From contig JASFYY010000048.1 in the NCBI GenBank assembly GCA_045046875.1, forward strand, positions 1-64,000: 64,000 nt of DNA. Reading direction: 5' to 3'. Position numbers and translations under genes: made by a program. Origin of the DNA: Verrucomicrobiota bacterium (GTDB lineage Bacteria; Verrucomicrobiota; Verrucomicrobiia; Verrucomicrobiales; DEV007). Of the stretch, positions 16,555 to 27,295 are shown piece after piece (positions within the stretch are counted from its first letter, which is position 1; every line of letters starts with the position of its first letter). A model generated the notes under the pieces. The model saw nothing but the letters and a program-made list of their open reading frames with translations. It was not told where the DNA came from and did not search any database.

Positions 16555-17712
16555 ATGAAACGCAGACATTTCATCAAAACCCTCACCACAACTGCCGCCG
16601 GGTCCTCTTTGGTTGGCTGCCAGTCCTTGTCCCCCTCCGCATCCATGTCCACGATCACTCAAAAACCCTTTGGCCAGCTCAATGGGCAAACGGTCCAACT
16701 CTACACCCTGCAAAACAAAAATGGCATGACCGCCAAAATCACCAACTACGGCGGCACCGTGGTTTCTCTGATGGCAGCGGATCGCAATGGTCATTTCTCT
16801 GATGTGGTGCTCGGTTTCGACACCCTCGAAGAATATGTCGATCACAGCCCTTTTTTTGGCTGCATCACTGGTCGCTACGCCAATCGTATCGCCAATGCCA
16901 GCTTTTCCCTCGACGGACAAAAATACCAACTCGCAGCTAACAATGGCGCCAACCACCTGCATGGGGGTAAACGGGGTTTTGATAAAAAAGTATGGGGCGC
17001 CTCTACTCGCGGCGGACGCCTGCATCTCAGCTACACCAGCCCCGATGGAGAGGAAAACTACCCCGGCACACTGATTACAGAAGTCACCTACACACTCACC
17101 AACGACAACGAACTGCGCATCGACTATCTGGCGACCACGGACAAAGCCACCATCGTCAATCTCACCAATCACAGTTATTTCAATCTCGCCGGCCTCGATA
17201 ACGAAGCGGTTGAAGTGGATGCCGCTACCATTCTCAATCACGAATTGACCCTCTACGCTGATCGTTATACCCCCATCGACGCCGCATCGATTCCTTTGGG
17301 AAACCTTGCTACGGTAGCAGGCACGCCTTTTGACTTCCGCCACTCCACTGCCATCGGTGCACGTATCAACAGCAAAGATCCTCAGCTAAAAAACGGCAAA
17401 GGTTACGACCACAACTTCGTGCTGAAAAACCAAAAAGACCATAAGCTGATACGGGCGGCCCGGGTTTACGACTCGATGTCAGGCCGACTGATGGAAGTGG
17501 ATACCACCGAACCTGGCATCCAACTCTATAGCGGTAATTTCCTCAAAAACATCAAAGGCAAAAATGGAGAGAATTACCCCCGACGCTCCGCTCTTTGCCT
17601 CGAAGCCCAAACCTTCCCCGATTCCCCGAACCAGCCGACTTTTCCTTCACCCATCCTGCGCCCGGGAAAAAAATACCGTCAAACCACCATTTACCGCTTC
17701 AGTGTAGCCTGA
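16555..17712 (+). CDS. galM: Aldose 1-epimerase (mutarotase), Tat-type lipoprotein signal
   Basis: GRYANRI, HLHGG, NLTNHSYFNL, GYDHNF, QLYSGNFL, CLEAQ; N-terminus KRRHFIK...LVGC. Confidence 0.93.
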   Translation: MKRRHFIKTLTTTAAGSSLVGCQSLSPSASMSTITQKPFGQLNGQTVQLYTLQNKNGMTAKITNYGGTVVSLMAADRNGHFSDVVLGFDTLEEYVDHSPFFGCITGRYANRIANASFSLDGQKYQLAANNGANHLHGGKRGFDKKVWGASTRGGRLHLSYTSPDGEENYPGTLITEVTYTLTNDNELRIDYLATTDKATIVNLTNHSYFNLAGLDNEAVEVDAATILNHELTLYADRYTPIDAASIPLGNLATVAGTPFDFRHSTAIGARINSKDPQLKNGKGYDHNFVLKNQKDHKLIRAARVYDSMSGRLMEVDTTEPGIQLYSGNFLKNIKGKNGENYPRRSALCLEAQTFPDSPNQPTFPSPILRPGKKYRQTTIYRFSVA

Positions 17713-17834
17713 ATGATCCGACAAACCTTCTACAAGATCGAAAATCTTCGTCTGTGGGCAGCTGAACAACTTATACTATTTCAACGATCATTGAATCTGG
17801 TATCTTTTTGATACCACGCGACCACCTCAACCCG

Positions 17835-19133
17835 CTAGGCCATCTCCAGTCCCTCAACTGTCGATTTTGTGCTGTGCCCAAAAGACTTGACCGCCACTCC
17901 CATTCGCTGTGCAAGCGGCACAAACAAATTCGCCAGTGGCGTATTATCCTTTTTGTCATGCGCCACGTAGGCTCCATGTTTGTAGCCACCTCCCGCGAGA
18001 ATAATCGGCAAATTTTTCCAGCTATGGGATGAGGCATTACCTAGATTCGATCCAAAAAGAACCGAAGTGTGGTCGAGCAGATTCCCCCCGCCATCCTCAA
18101 TCCCTTTCAAGCGGGTCAGGAACTCATTAAAAGCCACAAATTCCGCCTGCTCAATAAGCCGCAACTCCTCGATTTTATTCTCATCCTTACCATGATGGGA
18201 AAGATTGTGCCAATCTGTCTGCACACCCTTCAAATTGCTCGGCACCGCGTTCATTGCACCCAGATCAAAAGTGACCGTGCGGGTAGAATCCGTCTGCAGA
18301 GCCAGGGCAATCATTTCATACATCAAACGCTGCCTGGCCATGACATCCGTTTTGTCATCGATATCCTTGGGCTGTTCCGCATCCACTTCGGGCTTGGCTT
18401 TGGTCTCCCATTCCTCTGACTGCTGAATACTGACTTCCAGATCCCTCACCGAAGTGAAATATTCATCCAGCTTTTCCTGATCCCGGTGCCCCAAAGATCT
18501 CTGAAGCTGTTTGGCATCCCCCAACACTGTATCGAGAATACTGCGCCCCTGTTTGAGCTCACGCATCGTTTGCCCGACCTCTGATTCGGTGCCATCAATG
18601 AAAAGAGTTTTAAACAACTTCGCAGGCGAAGACTGGGACGGAATCTGAACCCCGTTGGCAGTCCAGGAAAGAGAGGACCCGCGTGTCGTCAGTGCCAGAT
18701 AAGGCACCCGGGTCTTCCCCCTGAGATGACGTGCAATCAATTGATCGAGGGAAATGGTGTTCTTGAAACCAGCAAGCCCGGGACGTTGAGCCGAAGTCAA
18801 CCAGGTCATCTCCGAGGCATGACCATTATTACCATTCTGATTCGCGTGGGAAAGCCCGGAAAACACCGTGAAGTCATTACGGTGATCTTTCAGCTTTTCC
18901 AAATAAGGCGTGAGCTTGTAATCGGTGCCAACGGCTTCGGGAAACAGATGTTGTGCATGGAAACCCAAGGCCGCATTCATCGCCATGAAACGGGGCACGG
19001 CGGCTGGAGCGGCTTGAGCTCGGAAAGCGGGGCACATGGCATCGAGTAACGGCAGCGCCACGCAAGATCCCAGACCTTTAAGAAAGTGACGTCTGTTCAG
19101 CGCCGCTTGAATCGAAATATAGGGGGCTTTCAT
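17835..19133 (-). CDS. DUF1552 (HXXSH) family protein
   Basis: NRRHFLKGLGSCVALPLLDAM Tat-like leader, ISLDQ, SILD, DSTR, HNLSHHG, LPIILAGG; start moved to MKAPY at 19133. Confidence 0.88.
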   Translation of the reverse strand: MKAPYISIQAALNRRHFLKGLGSCVALPLLDAMCPAFRAQAAPAAVPRFMAMNAALGFHAQHLFPEAVGTDYKLTPYLEKLKDHRNDFTVFSGLSHANQNGNNGHASEMTWLTSAQRPGLAGFKNTISLDQLIARHLRGKTRVPYLALTTRGSSLSWTANGVQIPSQSSPAKLFKTLFIDGTESEVGQTMRELKQGRSILDTVLGDAKQLQRSLGHRDQEKLDEYFTSVRDLEVSIQQSEEWETKAKPEVDAEQPKDIDDKTDVMARQRLMYEMIALALQTDSTRTVTFDLGAMNAVPSNLKGVQTDWHNLSHHGKDENKIEELRLIEQAEFVAFNEFLTRLKGIEDGGGNLLDHTSVLFGSNLGNASSHSWKNLPIILAGGGYKHGAYVAHDKKDNTPLANLFVPLAQRMGVAVKSFGHSTKSTVEGLEMA

Positions 19134-19152
19134 AGGATCAGGTGGTGCTGGT

Positions 19153-21555
19153 TTATTTGGTGAGGAAGATTTCAGAAGTGACAACCAGATGAAACAGGTC
19201 ACGCACACGATACCCCTTACTGCCCGCTTGTTTGACGATCCGGGTGATTTCCGGACGATCAGAGAAACCCATTTCACGACCCGTGGCAAAAGTCAGTAAT
19301 TTAGTCGCAAAGGATCGGGCGAGAACGGCTTCATCCTCCGCCAAATAATCCCGAAACTGCTCCAAGCTGGAAAACTTTCGTCCATCGGCCAGATTGCCAG
19401 AGCAATCAACATCCGGACCCAGACGATAACCTACCCGACGCCCTTTGATGATCGTATCCACTTTATCCCCATTGCCCAATGACCGGAAACGCTCACGAAA
19501 ACCCCCGATTGGATTGAATGACTCCAGCGCAAAACCCGGCGGATCGATTTTTTTATGGCAAGCGGCACAGCTGGTGGAATCCCGGTGTTGGTCGAGAATT
19601 TGGCGAAGAGTTTCAGCCCCCCTGATGTCAGGTTCGACGCCGGAAATGCCCGGAGGCGGAGGCGACGGCGGGTCTCCCAGGATTCTCTCCATCACCCATA
19701 CGCCACGCAAAACCGGAGAAGTATTGGTACCGTTGGCAGAAACTTTCAGCACACTGGCCTGGGTCAGAAAACCTCCGCGAATGCTACCGGTCGGCAATTT
19801 AACTCTTCTGATTTGTGAACCCGTTAGCTGAGGCAATCCATAGTGCTCTGCCAGCCTGCTGTTGAGCATGGCAAACTCCGATTTCACCACATTGGTAACC
19901 GGCAGATTGGAAATAATCAGTTCCCGTAAAAAAGCTTCCGTTTCCAACGGCAAAGAATAACGCAGGTAAGGATCAAATTCCGGAAACAAGGTTTTGTCTG
20001 GTGCCGTAAAATCTATTTCGCGCAAGTTGAGCCAAGCCTCGGTGAAGTCGGTGATGAAACGATCGAAGTGCGGCCCCTTCATGAGACGCTCCGCTTGCGC
20101 GATCATCACCTTGTCATCTTTTATCATTTTTTTCTGCGTGGCCAGACTCAGCAGTTGTTTATCCGGTGCCGTTCGAGTCAGAAAATACGCCAACCGATTG
20201 ACCACCGCTAAATCATCCAAACGTCCCGGGGTTTCACGTAGGTAAAGAAAGTTCGGCGAAACAAACAAAGCCGTCACCGCAGTGCGCAAGGCCTCTTCGA
20301 AAGATGCGTCTTGAGCCCGCTCATTTTCAAACAGCTTGAGGTAACTTTCCAGATCCGCATCACTCACTGGGCGCCGCCAGGCAAAAGCCGCTACCCGCTT
20401 GATCGACAGAAGGACATCGGCACGCTCGTCTGTGGTGATAATTTCAAACTTGGGTTTATACCACTCTTTCTTTTTAGTTTCCGGATCCCTTGGTTCGATT
20501 TCCTGGCGCTTCAAGCCATCAAAAACCAGCTTGTGACCGCGTGACGGGTAGTCCCCATACAAAGGACCTTCTATCGATGCTGATACAAAGGCAAATCCAG
20601 GACCTTCATACTCATTAAGGATTTTCGGGCGCGGCTGCGGCAAGGCAATGCCCTGCGGCTCCACCACCAGCATGCTGTGTTTCTCAATATAGATTTTAAA
20701 CTCCACCGTCGTAGCTTTTCCCGGGGAGAAAGACACATACTTATAAATCGGCTTTTTACTGCCGTGCGCATAACTCTCTCCACCAATGGAACACACGATG
20801 GCTTTGTCGGACTGGTAGGCGTATCCCCTGACCTTCACCTGATACCATCCGGATTCAGGAGCTCCGGAATTGCGCAACAAACCAGAGGGATAACCTCCCC
20901 CCTGAAAACGCACAATCGCACCATCATCCAGCTTCTTAAACGTTTTACCCAATGCCTTTTCAATCTCCGAATCACGGAAATTTCCCGGAATAAGTTTAGC
21001 CGCTGGTGGCTGGGTCCACTTTGCCACCGACGCATCAAAGACCAAACGTGCACCTTCCAAATAACGCTCAAGGTGAGTCATCGAAATCCCCAACGCTTCC
21101 CCGACATTATCAAATTCGTGGGAGCGTCCGTCCTCAGGCAATAAACCTTCCAGATCGAGGCTCGTTCCAAACAAATCATTCAGTGTGTTTTGATATTCCC
21201 GGCGATTCAATCGTCTCAAAACTGCCCCCTTGCTGGCCAGATGTGATCTGTTCAGTGATTCCCCCAGAACTTTGCCAAGCTCGGCTTTCCCTTCACTGCT
21301 TGGCCGGGTTTTAACCTTCTCCGGCGGCATCTCCCCTTTCCTCACCCGGTCAAATACCATCTCCCACTTGGCAAAGGTCGCCGGATCGGAAAGATTTGAT
21401 CCCAACTTGTCAAAATCCAGCCCCCCTTTGTCCATGCCATCGGCGTGACAATCATAACAATGATCCTCTAGAAAAGGCCTAAGCTCCTCTTCAAATGCAA
21501 ATCCCGAAGATGAAAGCAGCAGCAATAAAAATACAGACTGACAGAAAAGCTTCAT
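19153..21555 (-). CDS. Planctomycete-type cytochrome c / DUF1587-1592-1588-1585 protein
   Basis: CYDCH, MPP, LRRLNRREYQNT, SPNFLY, RGGFLTQASVL, TSPVLRGVWV, CAACHKKIDPPGFALE, TFATGR. Confidence 0.9.
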   Translation of the reverse strand: MKLFCQSVFLLLLLSSSGFAFEEELRPFLEDHCYDCHADGMDKGGLDFDKLGSNLSDPATFAKWEMVFDRVRKGEMPPEKVKTRPSSEGKAELGKVLGESLNRSHLASKGAVLRRLNRREYQNTLNDLFGTSLDLEGLLPEDGRSHEFDNVGEALGISMTHLERYLEGARLVFDASVAKWTQPPAAKLIPGNFRDSEIEKALGKTFKKLDDGAIVRFQGGGYPSGLLRNSGAPESGWYQVKVRGYAYQSDKAIVCSIGGESYAHGSKKPIYKYVSFSPGKATTVEFKIYIEKHSMLVVEPQGIALPQPRPKILNEYEGPGFAFVSASIEGPLYGDYPSRGHKLVFDGLKRQEIEPRDPETKKKEWYKPKFEIITTDERADVLLSIKRVAAFAWRRPVSDADLESYLKLFENERAQDASFEEALRTAVTALFVSPNFLYLRETPGRLDDLAVVNRLAYFLTRTAPDKQLLSLATQKKMIKDDKVMIAQAERLMKGPHFDRFITDFTEAWLNLREIDFTAPDKTLFPEFDPYLRYSLPLETEAFLRELIISNLPVTNVVKSEFAMLNSRLAEHYGLPQLTGSQIRRVKLPTGSIRGGFLTQASVLKVSANGTNTSPVLRGVWVMERILGDPPSPPPPGISGVEPDIRGAETLRQILDQHRDSTSCAACHKKIDPPGFALESFNPIGGFRERFRSLGNGDKVDTIIKGRRVGYRLGPDVDCSGNLADGRKFSSLEQFRDYLAEDEAVLARSFATKLLTFATGREMGFSDRPEITRIVKQAGSKGYRVRDLFHLVVTSEIFLTK

Positions 21556-21666
21556 TGAGAAATAGCGTTGCCACCCATCTGCAGCGTTTAGAGCTTAACA
21601 ACACGATCCTCAAACAAATCCCCCCCTTTTTAGAGAGACGTTTTCATCTGTAGCAGTGTTTCCAAC

Positions 21667-22497
21667 TCACTTCGCCCGATCAGGATCAACGCCCTGCCAG
21701 AAACGCGTTTTATCCCGTCCTGTCATCCCTAGTATTTCCTTCGTGCTCATGCGTTGCACATGACCATCAAGAAAAGCCACCAACAAAAACTTATTGCGGT
21801 AACGCGCCGCCGCCTCTCCTAAAAGACTACCCTCGCCATCACCATTTATCATAGAGGCATCGATCACATTCACTGAGGCATCCATGTATATCATCGCACT
21901 TGGCAGAAATTTAATGTTAGTTATCGATTTTTCAGTCAGCCAGGGATCCGAAGAACTCGCACTGAGTTCATCGTAAACCAGATTCTTGTTCATCGCATAG
22001 CTGTGATTATACCAATTTGTGTTTTCTGAATCGGATTTTATACTCGCTTTACTTTCAAACTGAGTATCGACTAAATGCCCTCCTTCCGTTGCACGGGATG
22101 GCGGTGGGGAAGTTGGATCAGTCTCTGGGTATAAAAGTTTGAAAATCACCCCATCACACCACAAGCCCGTGCCGGTTGTGATCGCATTGTCAGGAAAAGG
22201 CTCGCTTTCGCCTCCTGGATAGATGGGGCTAGGGATACGATTACTATTATCTACCGACCAGTTGATTGTTGCATTAGTTATGTCCCGCAAGGCTCCCGCA
22301 GCGACGGTTGCCCGAGCTGAAGAAATCACCCCTGTCGCCGCCGGAATCACCATACTCGCTAATAACACAATGATAGAAATCACAATCAATAACTCGATCA
22401 ACGTAAACGCACTATCCCGACTGAGACTGCGCAAATTTCGCTCATTCCCTCCTAAATTCTTATCTAATACCGTCATTTTTATCATTTTTAACGTCAC
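21667..22497 (-). CDS. Prepilin N-terminal methylation domain protein with H-X9-DG-like C-terminus
   Basis: A|FTLIELLIVISIIVLLASM; SYAMN; VAFLDGHV. Start uncertain. Confidence 0.8.
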   Translation of the reverse strand: MTLKMIKMTVLDKNLGGNERNLRSLSRDSAFTLIELLIVISIIVLLASMVIPAATGVISSARATVAAGALRDITNATINWSVDNSNRIPSPIYPGGESEPFPDNAITTGTGLWCDGVIFKLLYPETDPTSPPPSRATEGGHLVDTQFESKASIKSDSENTNWYNHSYAMNKNLVYDELSASSSDPWLTEKSITNIKFLPSAMIYMDASVNVIDASMINGDGEGSLLGEAAARYRNKFLLVAFLDGHVQRMSTKEILGMTGRDKTRFWQGVDPDRAK

Positions 22498-22623
22498 TCA
22501 CCATCAAATTAGCATTTTTTGAAAGCTGAAGTCAAGCGGCGTATGCCCGTAAGGCGAAGTTAATTGCGACCGAGACCTATTTCTGATTAATTCCCAGTAG
22601 TAAACCCAACACCTCACATCCTC

Positions 22624-24447
22624 ATGTCACATCCGCGCTCAAAAAACACGTGTCCTCAAAAACAACCAAACGGCAAGCTGCGGTCCTTGTTATTGCTACT
22701 TTTTTTGCTACCACTTTGCACCATTCAAGCCGCAGACACCCGCCCCAACGTCATCATCGTCATGACCGATGACCAGGGTTACGGCGATCTATCCTGCCAC
22801 GGCAACCCACGCTTAAAAACACCCAATCTAGACAAGCTCTTCCAACAAAGCTTGCGATTCACCGATTACCACGTCAGTCCCACCTGCGCCCCTACCCGCT
22901 CGGCCCTGATGTCCGGCCATTTTGCCAACCGCACCGGCGTCTGGCACACCATCAACGGTCGCTCGATCATCCGCTCCAACGAAGTCCTGATGCCGCAGGT
23001 GTTCAGCGATTCCGGATACCAAACGGCGATGTATGGCAAATGGCATCTCGGGGACAACTACCCCTCACGACCAGAAGATCGCGGATTCCAGGAGGTCTTC
23101 CGTCATGGCGGCGGCGGCATCGGCCAAACCCCTGATCACTGGGACAACGCCTACTTCGATTGCACTTACACCCACAACCACAAAAAAGAAGCTGTGCCCG
23201 GATTCTGCACTGATGTGTATTTTTCCCAGGCGATGCAATGGATGAAAAGCAGCAAGGAAAAAAACCAGCCTTTTTTCACCTACATCGCCACCAATGCCCC
23301 GCACGGCCCCAACCATTCGCCCAGCCAGTTTTCCGAACCCTACGCCGACCTCGGCACCAAAACCGCCAACTTTCTTGGCATGATCAGCAACATCGATAAC
23401 AACATGGGCAAGCTGATGAGCTTCCTCGATGACGAAGCACTGAGCGAAAACACCATCCTGATCTTCACCACCGACAACGGCACCGCCGGTGGTAAAAAAA
23501 TCTGGAACGCCGGCATGCGCTCGCAAAAAGGATCAGAATACGAAGGTGGCCACCGGGTCCCGTTTTTTGTTCGCTGGCCAGCGGGCAAGCTCGGAGGAGG
23601 GCAAGATCTGCCCCAGCTCACCGCCCACGTCGATATCCTACCCACTTTCATCGAATTGCTCAATCTGAAAAAACCCGCTGACGTTTCCTTCGATGGCCGC
23701 AGTCTCGTCCCCTTGTTGCGCGGTGATGACAAAAACTGGCCCGACCGTATTCTAGTCACCGACAGCCAGCGTATCCGCGATCCCGAGAAATGGCGCAAAT
23801 CCGCCGTGATGGCTTCCGGCTGGCGCTTGATCAACGGCAAAGAACTCTACGACATCAAAACCGATCCCGGGCAGAAAGAAAACCTGGCCTCAGCTCATCC
23901 TGAAAAAGTAGCGCAATTCCGTCAAGCCTACGAAAAATGGTGGGACAGCATGGTGGAGAGCTTCAAAGATGATGTCGAAATCGTCGTCGGTAATGATCAC
24001 GAAAACCCCGCCACCCTCACCGCCCACGACTGGTTCCTTCACCAAGAATACGCCCCTTGGAACCACTCCGGCATCCGCGCCCAAAAAGGGGCACAAAGCG
24101 GATTCTGGAACATCAAGGTGGATCAAGCCGGGACTTACCGGATCGAACTGCGCCGCTGGCCCAAAGAATCCGGTGCGACCATCGCAGCCGACCTGCCGCC
24201 CGGTGCCGACGTACCCGGCGTGCCCGCCTACCGCACCACCCCCGGAAAAGGTTTTGCCGCAATCAACGCCTCCCTCACCATCGGCGAACAGCAGCTACAA
24301 AAAAACATTGCTGATGCTGGCAAGGAAAACCACGTCAGCTTCGAACTCGACCTCAAAGCCGGCGATACCCGGCTCTCCGGCCTGTTCACCGATGCCAAAG
24401 GCAAAAAACTAGGCGCCTACTACGCCTACGTAACTCGATTAAAGTAA
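22624..24447 (+). CDS. Arylsulfatase (Cys-type formylglycine sulfatase)
   Basis: PNVIIVMTDDQG, CAPTRSALMSG, GKWHLG, TDNG, YEGGHRVP. Confidence 0.95.
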   Translation: MSHPRSKNTCPQKQPNGKLRSLLLLLFLLPLCTIQAADTRPNVIIVMTDDQGYGDLSCHGNPRLKTPNLDKLFQQSLRFTDYHVSPTCAPTRSALMSGHFANRTGVWHTINGRSIIRSNEVLMPQVFSDSGYQTAMYGKWHLGDNYPSRPEDRGFQEVFRHGGGGIGQTPDHWDNAYFDCTYTHNHKKEAVPGFCTDVYFSQAMQWMKSSKEKNQPFFTYIATNAPHGPNHSPSQFSEPYADLGTKTANFLGMISNIDNNMGKLMSFLDDEALSENTILIFTTDNGTAGGKKIWNAGMRSQKGSEYEGGHRVPFFVRWPAGKLGGGQDLPQLTAHVDILPTFIELLNLKKPADVSFDGRSLVPLLRGDDKNWPDRILVTDSQRIRDPEKWRKSAVMASGWRLINGKELYDIKTDPGQKENLASAHPEKVAQFRQAYEKWWDSMVESFKDDVEIVVGNDHENPATLTAHDWFLHQEYAPWNHSGIRAQKGAQSGFWNIKVDQAGTYRIELRRWPKESGATIAADLPPGADVPGVPAYRTTPGKGFAAINASLTIGEQQLQKNIADAGKENHVSFELDLKAGDTRLSGLFTDAKGKKLGAYYAYVTRLK

Positions 24448-24493
24448 GAGCCGCAGCCTCCCCTTCTACTAGGCTACCCCTCCCTCTTATATT

Positions 24494-24524
24494 ATTCGTG
24501 TTGATTAGTGTCCATTAGCGGTTC
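24494..24524 (+). repeat. ATTCGTG-type intergenic repeat copy
   Basis: ATTCGTGTTGATTAGTGTCCATTAGCGGTTC; close match to 34587-34617. Confidence 0.75.
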
Positions 24525-24556
24525 TCTACATTCCTTCATCCAATTCACCCCCAACA

Positions 24557-25963
24557 ATGCTCCAAAAAACCCTCATCTTCACCCTGCTCTGCCTCACCCA
24601 ACTGCAAGCAGCCCCCCAGCCCAACATCCTCTTCATCTACGCCGATGATCTCGGCTGGCGTGACACCTCCTTCATGGGCTCGGATTTCTATGAAACCCCA
24701 CACCTCGATCAACTGGCCAGCCAGGGCATGGTCTTCACCGACGCCTACTCAGCTGCCGCCAACTGCGCCCCGGCCCGCGCCGCTTTGTTATCCGGCCAAT
24801 ACTCTCCCCGTCACGAGATTTACAACGTCGGCACCCGCCCGCGCGGCCAGGCCGAAGACCGCAAATTAATCCACATTCCCGGCGTCGCCACACTGCGCCC
24901 CGACATCACCACCTGGGCTCAACAACTGCAAAAAGCAGGTTACCAAACGGCGAGCATCGGCAAGTGGCACCTCAGCAAAGACCCTGTCCCCTACGGATTT
25001 CACCACAACATCGCAGGCACCCATTCCGGCTCCCCTCCCAAGGGTTATTACCCACCTCATGGTAATGTGCCGGGACTGAAAAACTCCCCACCCGGCGAAT
25101 ACCTGACCGACCGCCTCAATACCGAAGCCATCCGGTTCATCAAAAAAAACAGTGAACAACCATGGATGATCTACCTCACTCACTTTGCCGTTCACACTCC
25201 GCTGCAACCAAAAAAAGAACTGCTCGAAAAATACCAGCAAAAGAAAAAGGGCAAGCTTCACCAGAATGCCATCATGGCCACCATGATCCAAGCCGTGGAC
25301 GACGGCGTAGGCCGATTGATACAAACCCTCAAGGAGTTGAAAATCGAAAAGCAAACCCTGATCATTTTTTACTCCGATAATGGTGGTTATGGCCCCGCCA
25401 CCGACATGGCTCCGCTCAAAGGTTACAAGGGCACCTATTACGAAGGCGGTATCCGCGTTCCCCTGATGATCAAATGGCCGGGCGTGGTGAAAGCCGGATC
25501 GCGCAGCTCCATCCCCGTAACCGGAGTCGATATTTACCCCACTCTGTGCGAAATCGCTGACGCCAAGCTGCCTGAACAACAAAACCTCGATGGAGTCAGC
25601 CTGGTTCCGATCTTACAAGGCAAGGTTTCTCCCACCTGGCAAAACCGTCCGATCTTCTGGCACTTCCCCGCCTACCTGCAAAGTTATGGCGGCGAGCAAA
25701 ACAATCTTGAACAACGCGACCCCCTGTTCCGAAGTCGCCCCTGTTCCATCGTCCGCCTTGGCAACTGGAAGTTACACGAATACTTCGAAGACGGCGGCCT
25801 CGAACTCTACAATCTCAAAGACGACATTGGCGAAAGCCACAACCTCGCCCAAAAGAAACCCGTCAAAACCAAACAACTGCATCAACTGCTGAAAGACTGG
25901 CGCAAAAAAACCAAAGCCCCCGTGCCTGCAATGAAAACCGCAGAGCCCCCTCCCTCTCAATAA
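24557..25963 (+). CDS. Sulfatase (Cys-type)
   Basis: PNILFIYADDLG, CAPARAALLSG, GKWHL, SDNGG, YEGGIRVP, ELYNLKDDIGE. Confidence 0.95.
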   Translation: MLQKTLIFTLLCLTQLQAAPQPNILFIYADDLGWRDTSFMGSDFYETPHLDQLASQGMVFTDAYSAAANCAPARAALLSGQYSPRHEIYNVGTRPRGQAEDRKLIHIPGVATLRPDITTWAQQLQKAGYQTASIGKWHLSKDPVPYGFHHNIAGTHSGSPPKGYYPPHGNVPGLKNSPPGEYLTDRLNTEAIRFIKKNSEQPWMIYLTHFAVHTPLQPKKELLEKYQQKKKGKLHQNAIMATMIQAVDDGVGRLIQTLKELKIEKQTLIIFYSDNGGYGPATDMAPLKGYKGTYYEGGIRVPLMIKWPGVVKAGSRSSIPVTGVDIYPTLCEIADAKLPEQQNLDGVSLVPILQGKVSPTWQNRPIFWHFPAYLQSYGGEQNNLEQRDPLFRSRPCSIVRLGNWKLHEYFEDGGLELYNLKDDIGESHNLAQKKPVKTKQLHQLLKDWRKKTKAPVPAMKTAEPPPSQ

Positions 25964-26007
25964 ACTCTCTCTTCCCATCCGCGTTATCCACGGTCACCTT
26001 CCTCCCT

Positions 26008-27213
26008 TCAAGGCACCAATTTCACACACACCACCTGACCATTGCCATTGCGGCAATAAACTTTCCCATTGGCTAGAATCGGCGCGGTCCAGCACTTGCC
26101 TGCCATCACTTTCTTTTTCACCCGGCTTTTAAAACCCTCCGACGAAGCCTTGCCGATCATCAGTTCTCCGCCTTCGCTCAATACCAGTAAATCCCCATCT
26201 TCAGTCGCCGTCACCGCTCCCTGTCCCACACTGGCATCCGTCCATTGGCTCTCGCCACTGGCAAAGTCCATGCACTTCAGTCCAGTGCCATCCTTACCCT
26301 CATTGCCACTCACCCCATACAAAAAACCTTCGATCAATACACAAGCATTCATCTGGCTTTTCATTTCACGATTCTTCCACAAGGTTTTTGGCTTTCCTTG
26401 CCCTTCCCAATTCAGCAAAGTTGATCCTTTGTCATAACCGGAAGAGATAAACAACTTGTCCCCCTGCACAACCGGATCCGCCGCATTCACCCCGTAGCGG
26501 GTCAACCATTTCACCCGCCACCACTCCTGACCGTTTTTCGCTTCCACACAAACATAACCCCGTTTATTGGAAAAAATAACCACATCCGTTCCACCCCGTT
26601 GCACCAAATAAGGCGTCGAATAAGAAGCTTCCCCGTTTTTGGATTTCCACACCTGCGATCCATCCTCCTTGCGCAAAGCCAATCCCGCGTCCCCCGCATT
26701 CAATAACAACAAAGCTCCGTGCACCCTCGGACTGCCGGTAAAACCCCAGGCCGGCATGTCATAGCCAAAATCCTTCATCAGATTTTTTTGCCACTTCACT
26801 TTGCCGGTAGCCGCCTCAAAACAAAACAACTCGCCCGCCCGCGCCAACGAATAAACCACCTCACCATCCACTGACGGTGTGCCGGTCGAACCACCAGGGA
26901 AATACAAATCCCCCAAAGGCTGGGGATAAGAATGTTTCCACAACACCTTACCGGAATCCGCGTCCAGACACCAAACCGTATCCGTTTCCTTGCCATCGTG
27001 CCCCATGGTGAACACCCGCCCGTCAGCCACCGCAAAACCAGAAAAGCCCAAACCCATTTCCGCTTTCCACGTCACCTTTAAATCCGTGATACCTTGCACC
27101 GACTCCTTGGAGATTCCATTAGCATCAGGGCCACGCCACTGTTTCCAATCCCCGGCATTCAAACCACTTGCACCCAGCACTGCTGCCACTAAAATAATAA
27201 AACCAATTTTCAT
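26008..27213 (-). CDS. PQQ-like beta-propeller repeat protein
   Basis: Signal peptide, DWKQWRGP, repeated CLDADSGKVLW-type blades, WTAPILANGKVYCR. Confidence 0.85.
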   Translation of the reverse strand: MKIGFIILVAAVLGASGLNAGDWKQWRGPDANGISKESVQGITDLKVTWKAEMGLGFSGFAVADGRVFTMGHDGKETDTVWCLDADSGKVLWKHSYPQPLGDLYFPGGSTGTPSVDGEVVYSLARAGELFCFEAATGKVKWQKNLMKDFGYDMPAWGFTGSPRVHGALLLLNAGDAGLALRKEDGSQVWKSKNGEASYSTPYLVQRGGTDVVIFSNKRGYVCVEAKNGQEWWRVKWLTRYGVNAADPVVQGDKLFISSGYDKGSTLLNWEGQGKPKTLWKNREMKSQMNACVLIEGFLYGVSGNEGKDGTGLKCMDFASGESQWTDASVGQGAVTATEDGDLLVLSEGGELMIGKASSEGFKSRVKKKVMAGKCWTAPILANGKVYCRNGNGQVVCVKLVP

Positions 27214-27295
27214 TCTGCCAATCTGGCTCATCTTTTCATAATTTCCACGACCAATCCCTCTCCCTAGCCTCATTTTTCATCCAAAAACCGCCAAG

